This document shows, in pieces, positions 39,501 through 49,546 of a DNA stretch of 64,000 nucleotides. Numbering within the stretch: position 1 is the stretch's first letter; each line of letters opens with the position of its first letter. The position numbers and the translations under genes were made by a program. The notes beneath the pieces were generated by a model. The model was not told where the DNA came from. It did no database searches and saw only the letters and a list, made by a program, of their open reading frames with translations. Origin of the DNA: a virus; the IMG/VR virus record IMGVR_UViG_3300031088_000734; one strand, written 5' to 3'.

Positions 39501-39998
39501 ATGACAATTGACTCTATTAACGGAAAAACGACCAAGTTTAATCGATTATTATTTGGCGAATGCAATGTATTGATATTGAGTAACAAACACATGCAAGTTC
39601 ATAAGGATGTGTATCCATTGCTTCATGAAGCTTTTACCATGTTTACGCCAACAAAAGAAATCATTCAAAAAACAGTTATCAAGTTTGATAGAATGATAGG
39701 TTCTACTATTTGCGTCAAAACAACGCCATCAGATGAAATCGTGTATGCAAAGAGGAAAGGCCGTAAATGGGCGTCTAGAATGGTCAAAAACAGAACACCT
39801 ACGCCATCAGATGAGCTTACTATTGTTGTTAAACGATGCAAAAACAATATTTATCGTCTACTGACAGCCTATGTGGGTGGTCAATCAGAAAGAGAACCCG
39901 ATGATGTCAACATCCGTTCCAATGAGGAATATGACCGTTGTGTTGAATTTTGGTCTAATCATGCATTATTATATATTGAACAAGACATCGCTTTTTGA
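39501..39998 (+). CDS. conserved phage-type hypothetical protein
   Basis: IVYAKRKGRKWASRMVKNRTP, LLTAYVG, FWSNHAL. Confidence 0.75.
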   Translation: MTIDSINGKTTKFNRLLFGECNVLILSNKHMQVHKDVYPLLHEAFTMFTPTKEIIQKTVIKFDRMIGSTICVKTTPSDEIVYAKRKGRKWASRMVKNRTPTPSDELTIVVKRCKNNIYRLLTAYVGGQSEREPDDVNIRSNEEYDRCVEFWSNHALLYIEQDIAF

Positions 39999-40041
39999 GT
40001 TGTTGAACAATCAGTAAAAAATATTTTAATATCCTTTCTGC

Positions 40042-40230
40042 TGTTACTTTGTGTTACCACATGATTTTATCTCGCGGATGTGTTACCTTGCCATAAAAAA
40101 CACTAAAATAGTGTTACATGTCTGAATTGTGTAACTATATGACACATTACAGTAGTTGATTTCCCTGAAATACTTGATATAATAGGGTTACAAATTAGAT
40201 ATTTTCCATTCTCTGTCAAAAAATGTAACT
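40042..40230. repeat. array of TGTTAC/GTAAC motifs in an intergenic region
   Basis: TGTTAC at 40042, 40052, 40081, 40112; GTAACT at 40131, 40225; GGTTAC at 40186. Confidence 0.5.
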
Positions 40231-40310
40231 ATTTAATATAATTTATTGAGCTGTTGGTATAACCATAGCTCTGCTTGATTAACTAAACTAAAAAATAAAG
40301 GTGATATAAA

Positions 40311-40562
40311 ATGTTCTTAAATACTATCAGTATAACTAAACAACTTTTAAAGACTGGCCGTCTTGAAATGAACTACAATGAAAAGAATTTTCGTAAGAAA
40401 TATGAGCTTGGATTCTGGGAAGTTTATCAAGATGTTCACGCTGTCTCAAAAAACATTATCAGTGGGCCATACAGAGTGTTCAGACCTATCTACAGAACTG
40501 GCAATCTTGATAAATTGAATTCAAAACTCGCTAAAATGAAAGAAAGTTCATCTCTTTACTAA
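40311..40562 (+). CDS. hypothetical protein
   Basis: AAGGTG SD; terminator at about 40577-40605. Confidence 0.7.
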   Translation: MFLNTISITKQLLKTGRLEMNYNEKNFRKKYELGFWEVYQDVHAVSKNIISGPYRVFRPIYRTGNLDKLNSKLAKMKESSSLY

Positions 40563-40660
40563 GTAGAGAGTTATGCAAAGCACCTTCTTGAAGGTGTTTT
40601 TTGTTGACTAAATAATAGTAAAGTGCTATTATTAACTTCAATAATTATTAAGGATCTCAT

Positions 40661-40868
40661 GATGCTAATTAAAGAAACTTATAAAGTGCTTGGTGATGAC
40701 TGGTGGAAGGTTCCCAATGGCGAATTTGTTGTGACTACAGATACATTGGTTGTTACCGATATTACCGAAGAAAAAGCTATCTTTGATGTTTTCCGTGATG
40801 GTGTGGTTATTGGCGAAATTCGTGTTCATCATGCCTTTGTAAAAGAAGATTTTGAGAAAATTAAATAA
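40661..40868 (+). CDS. small hypothetical protein
   Basis: AAGGA SD; TTGACT promoter upstream. Confidence 0.7.
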
Positions 40869-40883
40869 TTTGAGGATATTCTT

Positions 40884-41117
40884 ATGAGTGTAGGTTGCTG
40901 CAATATTTCAGGCGTTAAATACATCAATGAAAACGGTGAAATGATTCAGTCGGTTTTTCAAAAACATTATGGTGTTTCTGCAAGCCTTTCTGATTCAGAA
41001 GAAATCAATATGTTTACACAAAAACCTGTACACATCAAATTGATTCATATTGATGGTCAAACCAGTAAATTTTGCATGTGTGGTTGTCATAAGGTTGGTA
41101 TCTATATGGATCATTAA
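40884..41117 (+). CDS. small Cys-containing protein
   Basis: GAGG SD; CC...CMCGCH. Confidence 0.7.
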   Translation: MSVGCCNISGVKYINENGEMIQSVFQKHYGVSASLSDSEEINMFTQKPVHIKLIHIDGQTSKFCMCGCHKVGIYMDH

Positions 41118-41155
41118 AAAAGAGACTTTTCAAAGTCTCTTTTTTATTATTATCA

Positions 41156-44053
41156 TCACGGTGTGCTACATGCTTGATAAAATGCTCCGCTGACCTGTGG
41201 GCCTCTTGTATATAATTTGCCATCCCATCCAGTAATCTGAGTAATATTCATTGCCCCAGTACCCGCATATTGTGGTGATGTTGCTTTTGTTCCTCCATTC
41301 CAAACCACGTTTACTAAGGATTGAGCACCACCTACAACCACTATTTGCCATTGGTTACCTGAATCATATCTACATACAATTGTTGGTTTAGTACCTACTG
41401 CATATTGTGTGTTAGGTTGGTTGGTTAACGTTTGTGACTCAGTTGCTGATGTAGTGTTTCTTATTTCACCAGTAGCCACTTCTTGTATACGATCTTGACG
41501 TGTTCTGGTTTGATTTAAGTAACAATATTGTGTCTGGTAGAATCCAGTTCCAGCATTCACAGTACTTGCATCAGGCGAAAATGCAGAACAACTGTAGAAA
41601 CCACTGCTGTTAGCCCATGCCGTGTAAGTAGAAGCAATCGCTACCCACTGTTCAACTTTAACGTTACCAGACACTTTTGATGTTGCTGCACCAATTGAGT
41701 TTGTAGCTGTTACTGTATAGTTATAAGTTCCTGCAGCTTGTGGTGTTACTGATAAAGCGGCACCTGTTCCTGTTGATACACCAGCTACGGCTACACCAGA
41801 AGCAGCCACATTACCTTTCACTGTGTAGTTTGCAACGTCTGTTCCACTCCATGATAAGGTAAATGCAGATCCATAATTAATAACCGTTGGAGCTGTAATG
41901 GTTCCAATGGTTGGAGCATTAATGACTGTTACTGTTACTGATCTCAATGCACTGTATTTGTTAACACCATTTACCGTTTTAGCTGCAGCCATGTAATAGG
42001 TGTAAGTCCCTGCTGTTGCAGGAGCGGTGCTTGGGAACGTTAAGTTACCATCGTTACCATTTGTTCTTGCCTGACCTATTGCACCTGCACTGATACCACT
42101 GCCCGCAAAGGTTAATGCGGTATTAGGAGCGACACTTATGGCTGTTGCACCATTCACCGTGAATCCACCTAGTGTTGGTATGTTTTCAACAGTTACAGTA
42201 TAGTCGGCATCTAAAGTGGCACCAGCCGCGTTGGTGGCTACCAATTTATAAGAATATGAACCTGCTACACTTGCACTGGTTGAATAACTAGTACTTGTTC
42301 CTAAATCGACTCCGCTAGGACTAACACCCGATGCTGCCACATTACCATATAAGGTATATTTAGTAACGTTTGTACCTGTCCAGTTAGTATTGATCGGTTC
42401 ATTAACAAATACGGCTGCTGGTCTGTTTAATCCACTTATCGTTGGATAATCAACGGTTGTTACTGTTACGCTTTTTAATGAGCTGTCTCTGGTCACACCA
42501 TTGATTGTTTTTGATCCGGCTCCATAATAAGTGACTGCACCAATGCTGGCAGAAGCTTTTGTTGGTAAGCTGGAAGCTGCACCACCAGATGTTTTACCAA
42601 CCAGTGTTGCTCCACTGCTTAATCCGGTACCCACAAATGATAAAGTTTCATTGGGTGATACATTGATGGATGTTTGACCATTTACTGTCATTCCTGTCAT
42701 GGTTGGATCGGCTTCAACACTAACGGTTGTTTTCTTGATAGTTGTTTTGCTGGCTTCGTTAGTACCTGTCAATGTATATTCTAAGCTACCAACTGCTGTT
42801 GGTGTTGTGGTATACGTCAATGCTGTTCCAACATCTTGTGAACCTGTTATTCCAGAACCTGACACACCCGATAATTTGTAATTGCTAATATTTGTCCCTG
42901 TCCAGTTAAACACGATTGGCGTATTTGAAAATGTAGTGGGCACCGTTGAGAAAGTAGATATAGCACCCGCACCTACTACGTTGACAGTAATAGATTTATT
43001 GACTGATTTTCCAGCTCCATTAATACCTGTTAAGACATAATTTTTAGTGCCTGTTATTGCGTCTGCATTAACAGTGTAGGTATCATTAGAAACTGACACT
43101 CCATTGATATTATAACTGTCATTGTTGGTACCTGACCATGTAAAGTTTAATGTATCATTAGGTTCCACCGTTAATGAAGTGTCATTATTGTTTACTTTGT
43201 AAGCTGTAATTGTAGGTAATCCATACACATTGATATTGATTGGATTTGATGTTTTTGTCATACCACTGAAGCTGGTTGTTTTTAAAGTATAACTGAAATC
43301 ACCCACAGTTCCCATTGTCACTACTTTGCTGGTTGCTGTTTTATCGACGTTACCAAACGGGCTTAACTCTAATCCTTCACTGTCATTGATTGACCAGTTA
43401 AATGTAACGTTGTCACCGATGCTCACTTTGTTTTTATCTGAGGTGAAACTACTGATTGCAGAATCTTTAACCACATCAATCATGAGTGAACGACTAGTAT
43501 TATTTTCGTTGTTGTATCCTGTCACATTCAATTTATAGGTGGTGTCATTGACAGGCGATACCGTCAAACTATTACTTAATCCAGTGAGGCTTGTATTTTC
43601 AAGAGATGCTGATTCGGCGTCGGTTACGTTCCATGTCAATTTTGATGATTGACCTTCACCTATTTTAACTTTATCGGCTGTAAAACTAACGACTGGGGTT
43701 GGTTGCACTACTGTTAGTTTTAATGTTTTTTCTTCAATTTTTTTATTGTTGTCAAGTATGATATCGTAGCTTGTCGTCTTCAAAGGCGACAATGGGTACG
43801 AGCCAAATGACTCAGTTTCATTAAAGTTAACATCATTAGAAGTTACTTTTAATGATTTGAGATAATTATAATTCCAGTTAAGTGTTGTTGACTCTCCACG
43901 ATTGATAGTTGCAGGAGCAAGGTTTATCTCACCTGTTATTTCATCAGGAGTGTCTATATTAATTGATCTTGGATCTAATGGAAAATGTACCATGTAGCTT
44001 GCTGATGTTATTGAGATCGCCAATAGAGACATCATCACTATTTTCTTGTTCAT
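41156..44053 (-). CDS. secreted/surface protein with tandem Ig-like (PKD-like) repeats
   Basis: Signal-like N-terminus; about 85-95-aa Thr/Ser/Gly-rich beta repeats (LxWxGT...YTLTxTN); Cys-containing C-terminal modules. Confidence 0.8.
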   Translation of the reverse strand: MNKKIVMMSLLAISITSASYMVHFPLDPRSINIDTPDEITGEINLAPATINRGESTTLNWNYNYLKSLKVTSNDVNFNETESFGSYPLSPLKTTSYDIILDNNKKIEEKTLKLTVVQPTPVVSFTADKVKIGEGQSSKLTWNVTDAESASLENTSLTGLSNSLTVSPVNDTTYKLNVTGYNNENNTSRSLMIDVVKDSAISSFTSDKNKVSIGDNVTFNWSINDSEGLELSPFGNVDKTATSKVVTMGTVGDFSYTLKTTSFSGMTKTSNPININVYGLPTITAYKVNNNDTSLTVEPNDTLNFTWSGTNNDSYNINGVSVSNDTYTVNADAITGTKNYVLTGINGAGKSVNKSITVNVVGAGAISTFSTVPTTFSNTPIVFNWTGTNISNYKLSGVSGSGITGSQDVGTALTYTTTPTAVGSLEYTLTGTNEASKTTIKKTTVSVEADPTMTGMTVNGQTSINVSPNETLSFVGTGLSSGATLVGKTSGGAASSLPTKASASIGAVTYYGAGSKTINGVTRDSSLKSVTVTTVDYPTISGLNRPAAVFVNEPINTNWTGTNVTKYTLYGNVAASGVSPSGVDLGTSTSYSTSASVAGSYSYKLVATNAAGATLDADYTVTVENIPTLGGFTVNGATAISVAPNTALTFAGSGISAGAIGQARTNGNDGNLTFPSTAPATAGTYTYYMAAAKTVNGVNKYSALRSVTVTVINAPTIGTITAPTVINYGSAFTLSWSGTDVANYTVKGNVAASGVAVAGVSTGTGAALSVTPQAAGTYNYTVTATNSIGAATSKVSGNVKVEQWVAIASTYTAWANSSGFYSCSAFSPDASTVNAGTGFYQTQYCYLNQTRTRQDRIQEVATGEIRNTTSATESQTLTNQPNTQYAVGTKPTIVCRYDSGNQWQIVVVGGAQSLVNVVWNGGTKATSPQYAGTGAMNITQITGWDGKLYTRGPQVSGAFYQACSTP

Positions 44054-44171
44054 ATACTTTGTATTTATTATTTTTTAATATTATTATATACTACTAACTA
44101 AAAAAAACAATATGACGATTATCATTTTACTTGATTTTATAACAATTTTAATGTATTATACAGATTAATTA

Positions 44172-44480
44172 ATGGTAGAAAACGGAGATTATATGAACGC
44201 TACTAGTAAATCTAAAGGCTTTATTCGTTTTGCTTTTTGGGGATTTTTTTCCATGTGTTTTCTGTTTGTTCAAACTTTCTTTTATCACATTTACTATAAA
44301 GGTAAATACAAGTTAAAAGAAAGTAAAACTCAGTTATTTATTTTTATTGTGGTTACAATAGTCACATTCAACATTGCTTGTTTGGTTCATTTTTGGAAAC
44401 AAGCCAAAGAAATTTTACCGAAAATCTATCGAATCAGTCAATATCCAGTTGATAACTCAGCTATCGAGATTAAATCATGA
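44172..44480 (+). CDS. 2-TM membrane protein (likely start ATG 44193)
   Basis: GGAG SD; two hydrophobic helices. Confidence 0.7.
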   Translation: MVENGDYMNATSKSKGFIRFAFWGFFSMCFLFVQTFFYHIYYKGKYKLKESKTQLFIFIVVTIVTFNIACLVHFWKQAKEILPKIYRISQYPVDNSAIEIKS

Positions 44481-44815
44481 AGCTTAAATTCTTGTGGTTA
44501 AAGCTTATCTTGAAATTTATAGGCTTTCGTGTTGTGGAAACCCGTCTGGTTGATTCTTTTGGACGTGTATTGAAGTACACCTTAAACAATGACTATAACA
44601 CTCAGTCTGGTCGCTGTGTAAATTATCCATTCCTCAGTATTTCTGTTGAAACATCAGGTATGTATTCAACTCAAATCTACCAAGACAATCCTATTATTGA
44701 AAACAAGGTTTATACAGACACGTCACCTTATTCTCTTATCCAGTTGTGGTTGACTGTTCAACGTCATTATCGATCAATGCGAAAAGATAAATTTAAATGG
44801 AGTAACTTGAATTGA
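44477..44815 (+). CDS. hypothetical protein
   Basis: ATGA coupling. Confidence 0.7.
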   Translation: MKLKFLWLKLILKFIGFRVVETRLVDSFGRVLKYTLNNDYNTQSGRCVNYPFLSISVETSGMYSTQIYQDNPIIENKVYTDTSPYSLIQLWLTVQRHYRSMRKDKFKWSNLN

Positions 44816-45216
44816 ACTATTCCCATGCAGTGATCATAAACGCTAAAATTTTGGAACCCTATCATCATCATAATGAACGGCTTTTCAATAAGTTGCGGGA
44901 AGCTCATGATTATGCTCCACAAGTTGCACAACATATGGCTTATCAGGCTTTACTGGTAGATGACGGTGCTTTTGCTTCGTTGTTCAAAAAGATTACAGCT
45001 TTTGTGTTGAAGAACCCGTATGAACCTTTGACATTGATCGAATATTCTGTCTTGGATAGAGCTGTTGATTTTTACAAAAAAGGCATTGAAGAAACTAAAA
45101 CAGATTTTGCTTCTCGTATGGTTACATCAGATGTTATTACTGCCTATGTTGAGAGTCAGAATTCTACAGTGATATTGGCTAACAAAATTTTGAATAGAAT
45201 ACTTAAAGTTGTGTAA
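44812..45216 (+). CDS. hypothetical protein
   Basis: TTGA coupling, GGAG SD. Confidence 0.7.
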   Translation: MNYSHAVIINAKILEPYHHHNERLFNKLREAHDYAPQVAQHMAYQALLVDDGAFASLFKKITAFVLKNPYEPLTLIEYSVLDRAVDFYKKGIEETKTDFASRMVTSDVITAYVESQNSTVILANKILNRILKVV

Positions 45217-45646
45217 TTTCAAGCGTTATTTTTTCTCTTTCAACATCTTTGAATAATTGATCGAAATCAAATAATATTTTTGGAATATCCAGCACCTTGT
45301 ATGTTTTTTTCATTTCCATTTTCTCGTAACATGATAAGTTCATGCGAGGATTTTGATGTGTTTTTCTACTATCAATAATAAATACATCGCCATAGTGTAT
45401 CTGTCCTTTATAAATTTCATTAATGTGTGATCTTCCAGTAATAACGTGATAGATATCGTTTTCTTTGTAAATGTATATTCCGAAATAATGTATCAATTCT
45501 AAATCTGAGTGCATTTCTATTCTGGATAAATCTAACATCTTTTCGTAATAGTTTAATTTAAGTTGAATATACGTCTCATAAACACTTTTATCACTTTCTG
45601 TATCAATATTTGTTTGTAATTTTAAAACTCTTGGTGTGACTTTCAT
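45203..45646 (-). CDS. hypothetical protein
   Basis: 147-aa AT-rich ORF; ends LEITQL, a possible degenerate tag. Confidence 0.65.
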   Translation of the reverse strand: MKVTPRVLKLQTNIDTESDKSVYETYIQLKLNYYEKMLDLSRIEMHSDLELIHYFGIYIYKENDIYHVITGRSHINEIYKGQIHYGDVFIIDSRKTHQNPRMNLSCYEKMEMKKTYKVLDIPKILFDFDQLFKDVEREKITLEITQL

Positions 45647-45800
45647 TATAAGCCTATTTATTTATTAATCTTTTAACGGTATCATTATTTTCTTCTATGT
45701 AAACAGTCTAGTGAAAAATGATTGATAACATTCTCTTTTTGATGTATAATAAATCAAATGTTTTACTAATATTTGTTGGCTTGAAAATTGGGAGATTAAC

Positions 45801-46286
45801 ATGTCTTTGAGCAAGAAAGAAATTGCCGTACAATTGATCGATAAAGCTTTTGAGAAAGGATTGTCCAATAAAGAACCTGATTTTGCATGGGAGTTTTTTT
45901 GGAAATTTGATATATTCAGTAAGATGTCAGATTATAATTTTGAATTGATGCGAAAAGCTCTGGCTGAACAATGTAAAGATTTTGACACAAGTACACTTTT
46001 GGATGAAAAAGATCCTGATATTATTGAGGCTATCAAGGAGCGTAAGAAAGCTTTGAACAAAAAACATGGTATCAAACGTATTAAATTTGCTGATTATCGT
46101 GAACAAATCGTCGCCTTCTTCAAAGAAAAACGCAACATTGATTTTAATTCTTTGGACGAAGCAGCAGCTCAAAAACTCTTGCAGCATGAAGATATCATGA
46201 GTAGTGACACACCTATCTATGATTTCTTGAACATCACACATATGCAGTTTAAATACCTCTATCAACGTGGTAGTGTTTGGAAATAA
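45801..46286 (+). CDS. hypothetical protein
   Basis: GGGAG SD, own promoter. Confidence 0.8.
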   Translation: MSLSKKEIAVQLIDKAFEKGLSNKEPDFAWEFFWKFDIFSKMSDYNFELMRKALAEQCKDFDTSTLLDEKDPDIIEAIKERKKALNKKHGIKRIKFADYREQIVAFFKEKRNIDFNSLDEAAAQKLLQHEDIMSSDTPIYDFLNITHMQFKYLYQRGSVWK

Positions 46287-46376
46287 CACCTTTTAATTTT
46301 CGTCTTTTGTTGATAACTTATTGACTTAACGCTTTAATGCCTTAGACTTTAGTTATTAACAAAAAATTTGAATTGA

Positions 46377-46898
46377 ATGTTTCAATTAATAATAAAGCTT
46401 ATTTTGGTCAGTTTTTATGCTCTATTGACAGCTTGTAGTCCTAATGGTCATTTGACTGAGAATTTAGAACCGCAAGGTAAAGCTTTTTTCGATCCAGAAA
46501 ATAGATCTCTGCTGGGTTATAAGCTGTATGAAAAAATGGACAATATCTCGAAAGATACCCATTATACTTTTTTGAAAAAAGAAGATGATGTCACTTATTA
46601 TACTGTTAACAATCAAAAAAATGATCCTCGACAGTTATTGCTAACGATCAGTGTGCGAAATGACAAAATCTATTCGATAGAAACTCGTTATGAATATCCA
46701 CATTTCAGTAGTTGTAATGCGGCCACTCAACAAATCTATGATGAGACAAACGCTTTCTTTCCACTTGCAAAAAGACCTGATGTTAATGATAAAGGATATC
46801 ATTTCGATGGTGTTCATAAGAATTTAATCTTTGTAACCGCCTGTACTGACCTTATTGAAAATGATAAAATTATCCATAGCAGTCTCTATACACGATAG
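46377..46898 (+). CDS. lipoprotein
   Basis: ...SFYALLTA|C lipobox. Confidence 0.75.
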   Translation: MFQLIIKLILVSFYALLTACSPNGHLTENLEPQGKAFFDPENRSLLGYKLYEKMDNISKDTHYTFLKKEDDVTYYTVNNQKNDPRQLLLTISVRNDKIYSIETRYEYPHFSSCNAATQQIYDETNAFFPLAKRPDVNDKGYHFDGVHKNLIFVTACTDLIENDKIIHSSLYTR

Positions 46899-46956
46899 AT
46901 GGTTCTTGACTGACGGTGTAATTCGTTGATACTAGTGTTGGATACTTTTAAAATAT

Positions 46957-47033
46957 CTCTGCGTAGCTCAGTTGGATAGAGTGCCCGCTTCCGAAGCGGA
47001 CGGTCGTTGGTTCGAATCCAACCGTAGAGGCCA
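46957..47033 (+). tRNA. trnR: tRNA-Arg(CCG), CCA encoded
   Basis: Full cloverleaf: CTCTGCG/CGTAGAG acceptor, D-loop AGTTGGATA (A20), loop TT-CCG-AA, T-arm GTTGG-TTCGAAT-CCAAC, G73-CCA. Confidence 0.95.
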
Positions 47034-47054
47034 TATCATTATAGGAGACTACTT

Positions 47055-47399
47055 ATGAGCATTCAAAAATATCTATACCTTGCTGTTCTTATTGATACTT
47101 CGCATGATTCTGTTTGTGTAGCCGCTGTAACCAAAGATACATGGGACAACCACCAGATGTATGACAATACTGGTGATATTGAAGATGTAGTTGCTCGCAT
47201 TCAAGTCTCTGGCTATTTCTTAGAGTCCAGCGGATTAGATTTTTCCTTTCTAGACATCATTGAAAAAAACGAGATCCCTTTAACACCAAAAGATGCCCCT
47301 GCTTTAATGAATGAAATTAAAAAAAGTGGGTTCGTTATCAATCATGATTTTGCTCATAAAATACATGAAGATTCTAATGGACAATATACCGTTCCTTAG
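47055..47399 (+). CDS. hypothetical protein
   Basis: AGGAG SD; no terminator between it and the tRNA. Confidence 0.75.
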   Translation: MSIQKYLYLAVLIDTSHDSVCVAAVTKDTWDNHQMYDNTGDIEDVVARIQVSGYFLESSGLDFSFLDIIEKNEIPLTPKDAPALMNEIKKSGFVINHDFAHKIHEDSNGQYTVP

Positions 47400-47494
47400 A
47401 CTAAATTTGACAAATCACCTCTAAAAAGAAGCACTTTCTAGTGTTTCACCCTTTGACAATTAATTATAAAGTGATTAAATGAAAATATAAATAA

Positions 47495-47947
47495 TTGTAT
47501 AAATATATGTTTGCACTTATTATTACCATCATCTCAATCGCAATGGTGACTGCCTTGTCAGCCGCCACTCTCTATTACATGAGCACTGTTACACTTTCCC
47601 AAACTGTTAAAGTTGATGCGTCTGTTTTTATTTCAGGGGCTGAACAAATTGCGGCTGCTTTTGTTCTTCATAATCTCAATGGTGTTGATAGCACGCCTAC
47701 GCTGGATAGTTTGTTGCCCGACTACTTAACTATAGTTCCCAACTACAAAGGTGCTGAATATACATTTCATTCAACTTATAAGAACTATTTAACAACTAAT
47801 GTTTCGAAAGATGTGTGCTTGGAATTGAACAGTCGAAATGGAATAACTGATGAGACACCTGATATCACTCAATACACCTACTCTTGTTTGATGAGTGATG
47901 ATATTGAACAGCCGCTGGCGTTTTATAAGGTAATGGATAACCATTGA
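47495..47947 (+). CDS. type IV pilin-like protein
   Basis: Hydrophobic helix FALIITIISIAMVTALSAATLYY, then ISGAEQIAAA and a C-terminal Cys pair. Confidence 0.45.
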   Translation: MYKYMFALIITIISIAMVTALSAATLYYMSTVTLSQTVKVDASVFISGAEQIAAAFVLHNLNGVDSTPTLDSLLPDYLTIVPNYKGAEYTFHSTYKNYLTTNVSKDVCLELNSRNGITDETPDITQYTYSCLMSDDIEQPLAFYKVMDNH

Positions 47948-47949
47948 TT

Positions 47950-48729
47950 TTAGATTCCTGCCATTTCTAATACCGACATATTTTCATTAAGTCCATTATC
48001 AAAAACTCCTTTTAAATATAAATCTTTTAATTCCATGTAAAAAATTTCACAATTTTCTGCTGTTCTTATATCACTTATAGAAAAGTGCGGATATATTTCT
48101 AAAAAGGTTTGATTATATAAAAAAGCTTTCCAACTAATTTTATTAAAAAACTGATCGAATTTGTCAATTTCTCCATGACTGATTATATTTAATGGGTCAA
48201 ATGATCTACTAAAATCAATATTTATTTTTTTTTCTATATTTCCTAGCTCATCAAATTTATATTTAATAATGATTACATCAATATCATCATTATTTATATC
48301 TAAAATTCTACTTATTGAATGCTTAATTTTATTAAATTGTGTATCAATAGTGATATTAAAATCAAACATATTGTGTGTTTCTTTGAAAGTCTCTTTATTA
48401 TCAAAAATGTCTCTTTGACCAATTAATCTATAACCTTCTATTTGTTGATTTTTATCATATTCAAAATGAAGAGTTCCAGCAGAATCTTTAACACCAAATG
48501 TAGAGGAAGCATGATTTTTATCACCCACCATATAACGATTAATTCGAATATTCTCAAAGTTAATCGAATTGTCATAATGTTCATTTATTTCATTTAACCA
48601 ATGGATGATTCTATGTTTAAAATAAAAAATGTATTCAGGTTGCATGGAAACCATACAAATTCGTCTACCTTTTAAGATGGAAAAATCTGGTTTTATGTAG
48701 TCAAATTCAACAGTTTCATCAGTTTTCAT
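47950..48729 (-). CDS. hypothetical protein, C-terminal M-x-x-I family
   Basis: Ends EMAGI; paralog of 48750. Confidence 0.85.
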   Translation of the reverse strand: MKTDETVEFDYIKPDFSILKGRRICMVSMQPEYIFYFKHRIIHWLNEINEHYDNSINFENIRINRYMVGDKNHASSTFGVKDSAGTLHFEYDKNQQIEGYRLIGQRDIFDNKETFKETHNMFDFNITIDTQFNKIKHSISRILDINNDDIDVIIIKYKFDELGNIEKKINIDFSRSFDPLNIISHGEIDKFDQFFNKISWKAFLYNQTFLEIYPHFSISDIRTAENCEIFYMELKDLYLKGVFDNGLNENMSVLEMAGI

Positions 48730-48749
48730 CTTTGCATAATCCTATTTAA

Positions 48750-49535
48750 TTAAATGGCTGCCATTTTAACGACTTCAAAAATATCATCTAAATCATTGAG
48801 AAGACCATTCTCATAAAGGTTTCTTAATTCATCATAAAATACCATTAACGTTTCATCACTGTTTATTTTTCTAACTTTAAATTGAGGCATGGCTTCTAAA
48901 AATGCGTTAGGTGATACAGCGAGTTTATCAACAATATTGTTAAAAAAGTTATCAAATTCATACGTGTTATCAACATTTTTTTTTCTGGCTATATATGTGT
49001 TGTCATCACATGTTATAACCAGTGAATCTTTTGTCTTTTCATTGTATTCGTTAAAATAATAATTGATATCTAGACAATGTTTTTCAAGTGTTCCTACATT
49101 TCGTGTTAAACTATAATTTTCTAGTTGCATATATTGGTTAATTTTAATCGTTAAACTGAATAAATAGTAACATTGTAGATAACGATCTTTGTTTCCATAG
49201 ATCTTTTCACGGAAAACAACAGAAGCTTCTTTAAATTGACTATATCTATCATACTCAATATAAATAGTTCCTGTACCTGCTGGTGTTTTTATGTTGATTG
49301 AAAAGTAATTATCTCCACGTAACGCAGTCTCAGCTAAGGACACTGTATTATAGTTAAAAGCTCCATTCGTAGACTGATTTACCTTGTTTAGCCAATCAAT
49401 CACTTTATGAGAGAGAAAGAAATCAAGTTCAGGAGGCACCGAAAAGTTTAAAGCCACTGCCTCCATAACGTTATCTGTATAAAAAACTGGATTTAGAATG
49501 TCCAGCTTAATTAATTCTTCTTTCTCATATGACAT
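48750..49535 (-). CDS. hypothetical protein, C-terminal M-x-x-I family
   Basis: GAGG SD; ends KMAAI. Confidence 0.85.
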   Translation of the reverse strand: MSYEKEELIKLDILNPVFYTDNVMEAVALNFSVPPELDFFLSHKVIDWLNKVNQSTNGAFNYNTVSLAETALRGDNYFSINIKTPAGTGTIYIEYDRYSQFKEASVVFREKIYGNKDRYLQCYYLFSLTIKINQYMQLENYSLTRNVGTLEKHCLDINYYFNEYNEKTKDSLVITCDDNTYIARKKNVDNTYEFDNFFNNIVDKLAVSPNAFLEAMPQFKVRKINSDETLMVFYDELRNLYENGLLNDLDDIFEVVKMAAI

Positions 49536-49546
49536 AGAACAACCTC

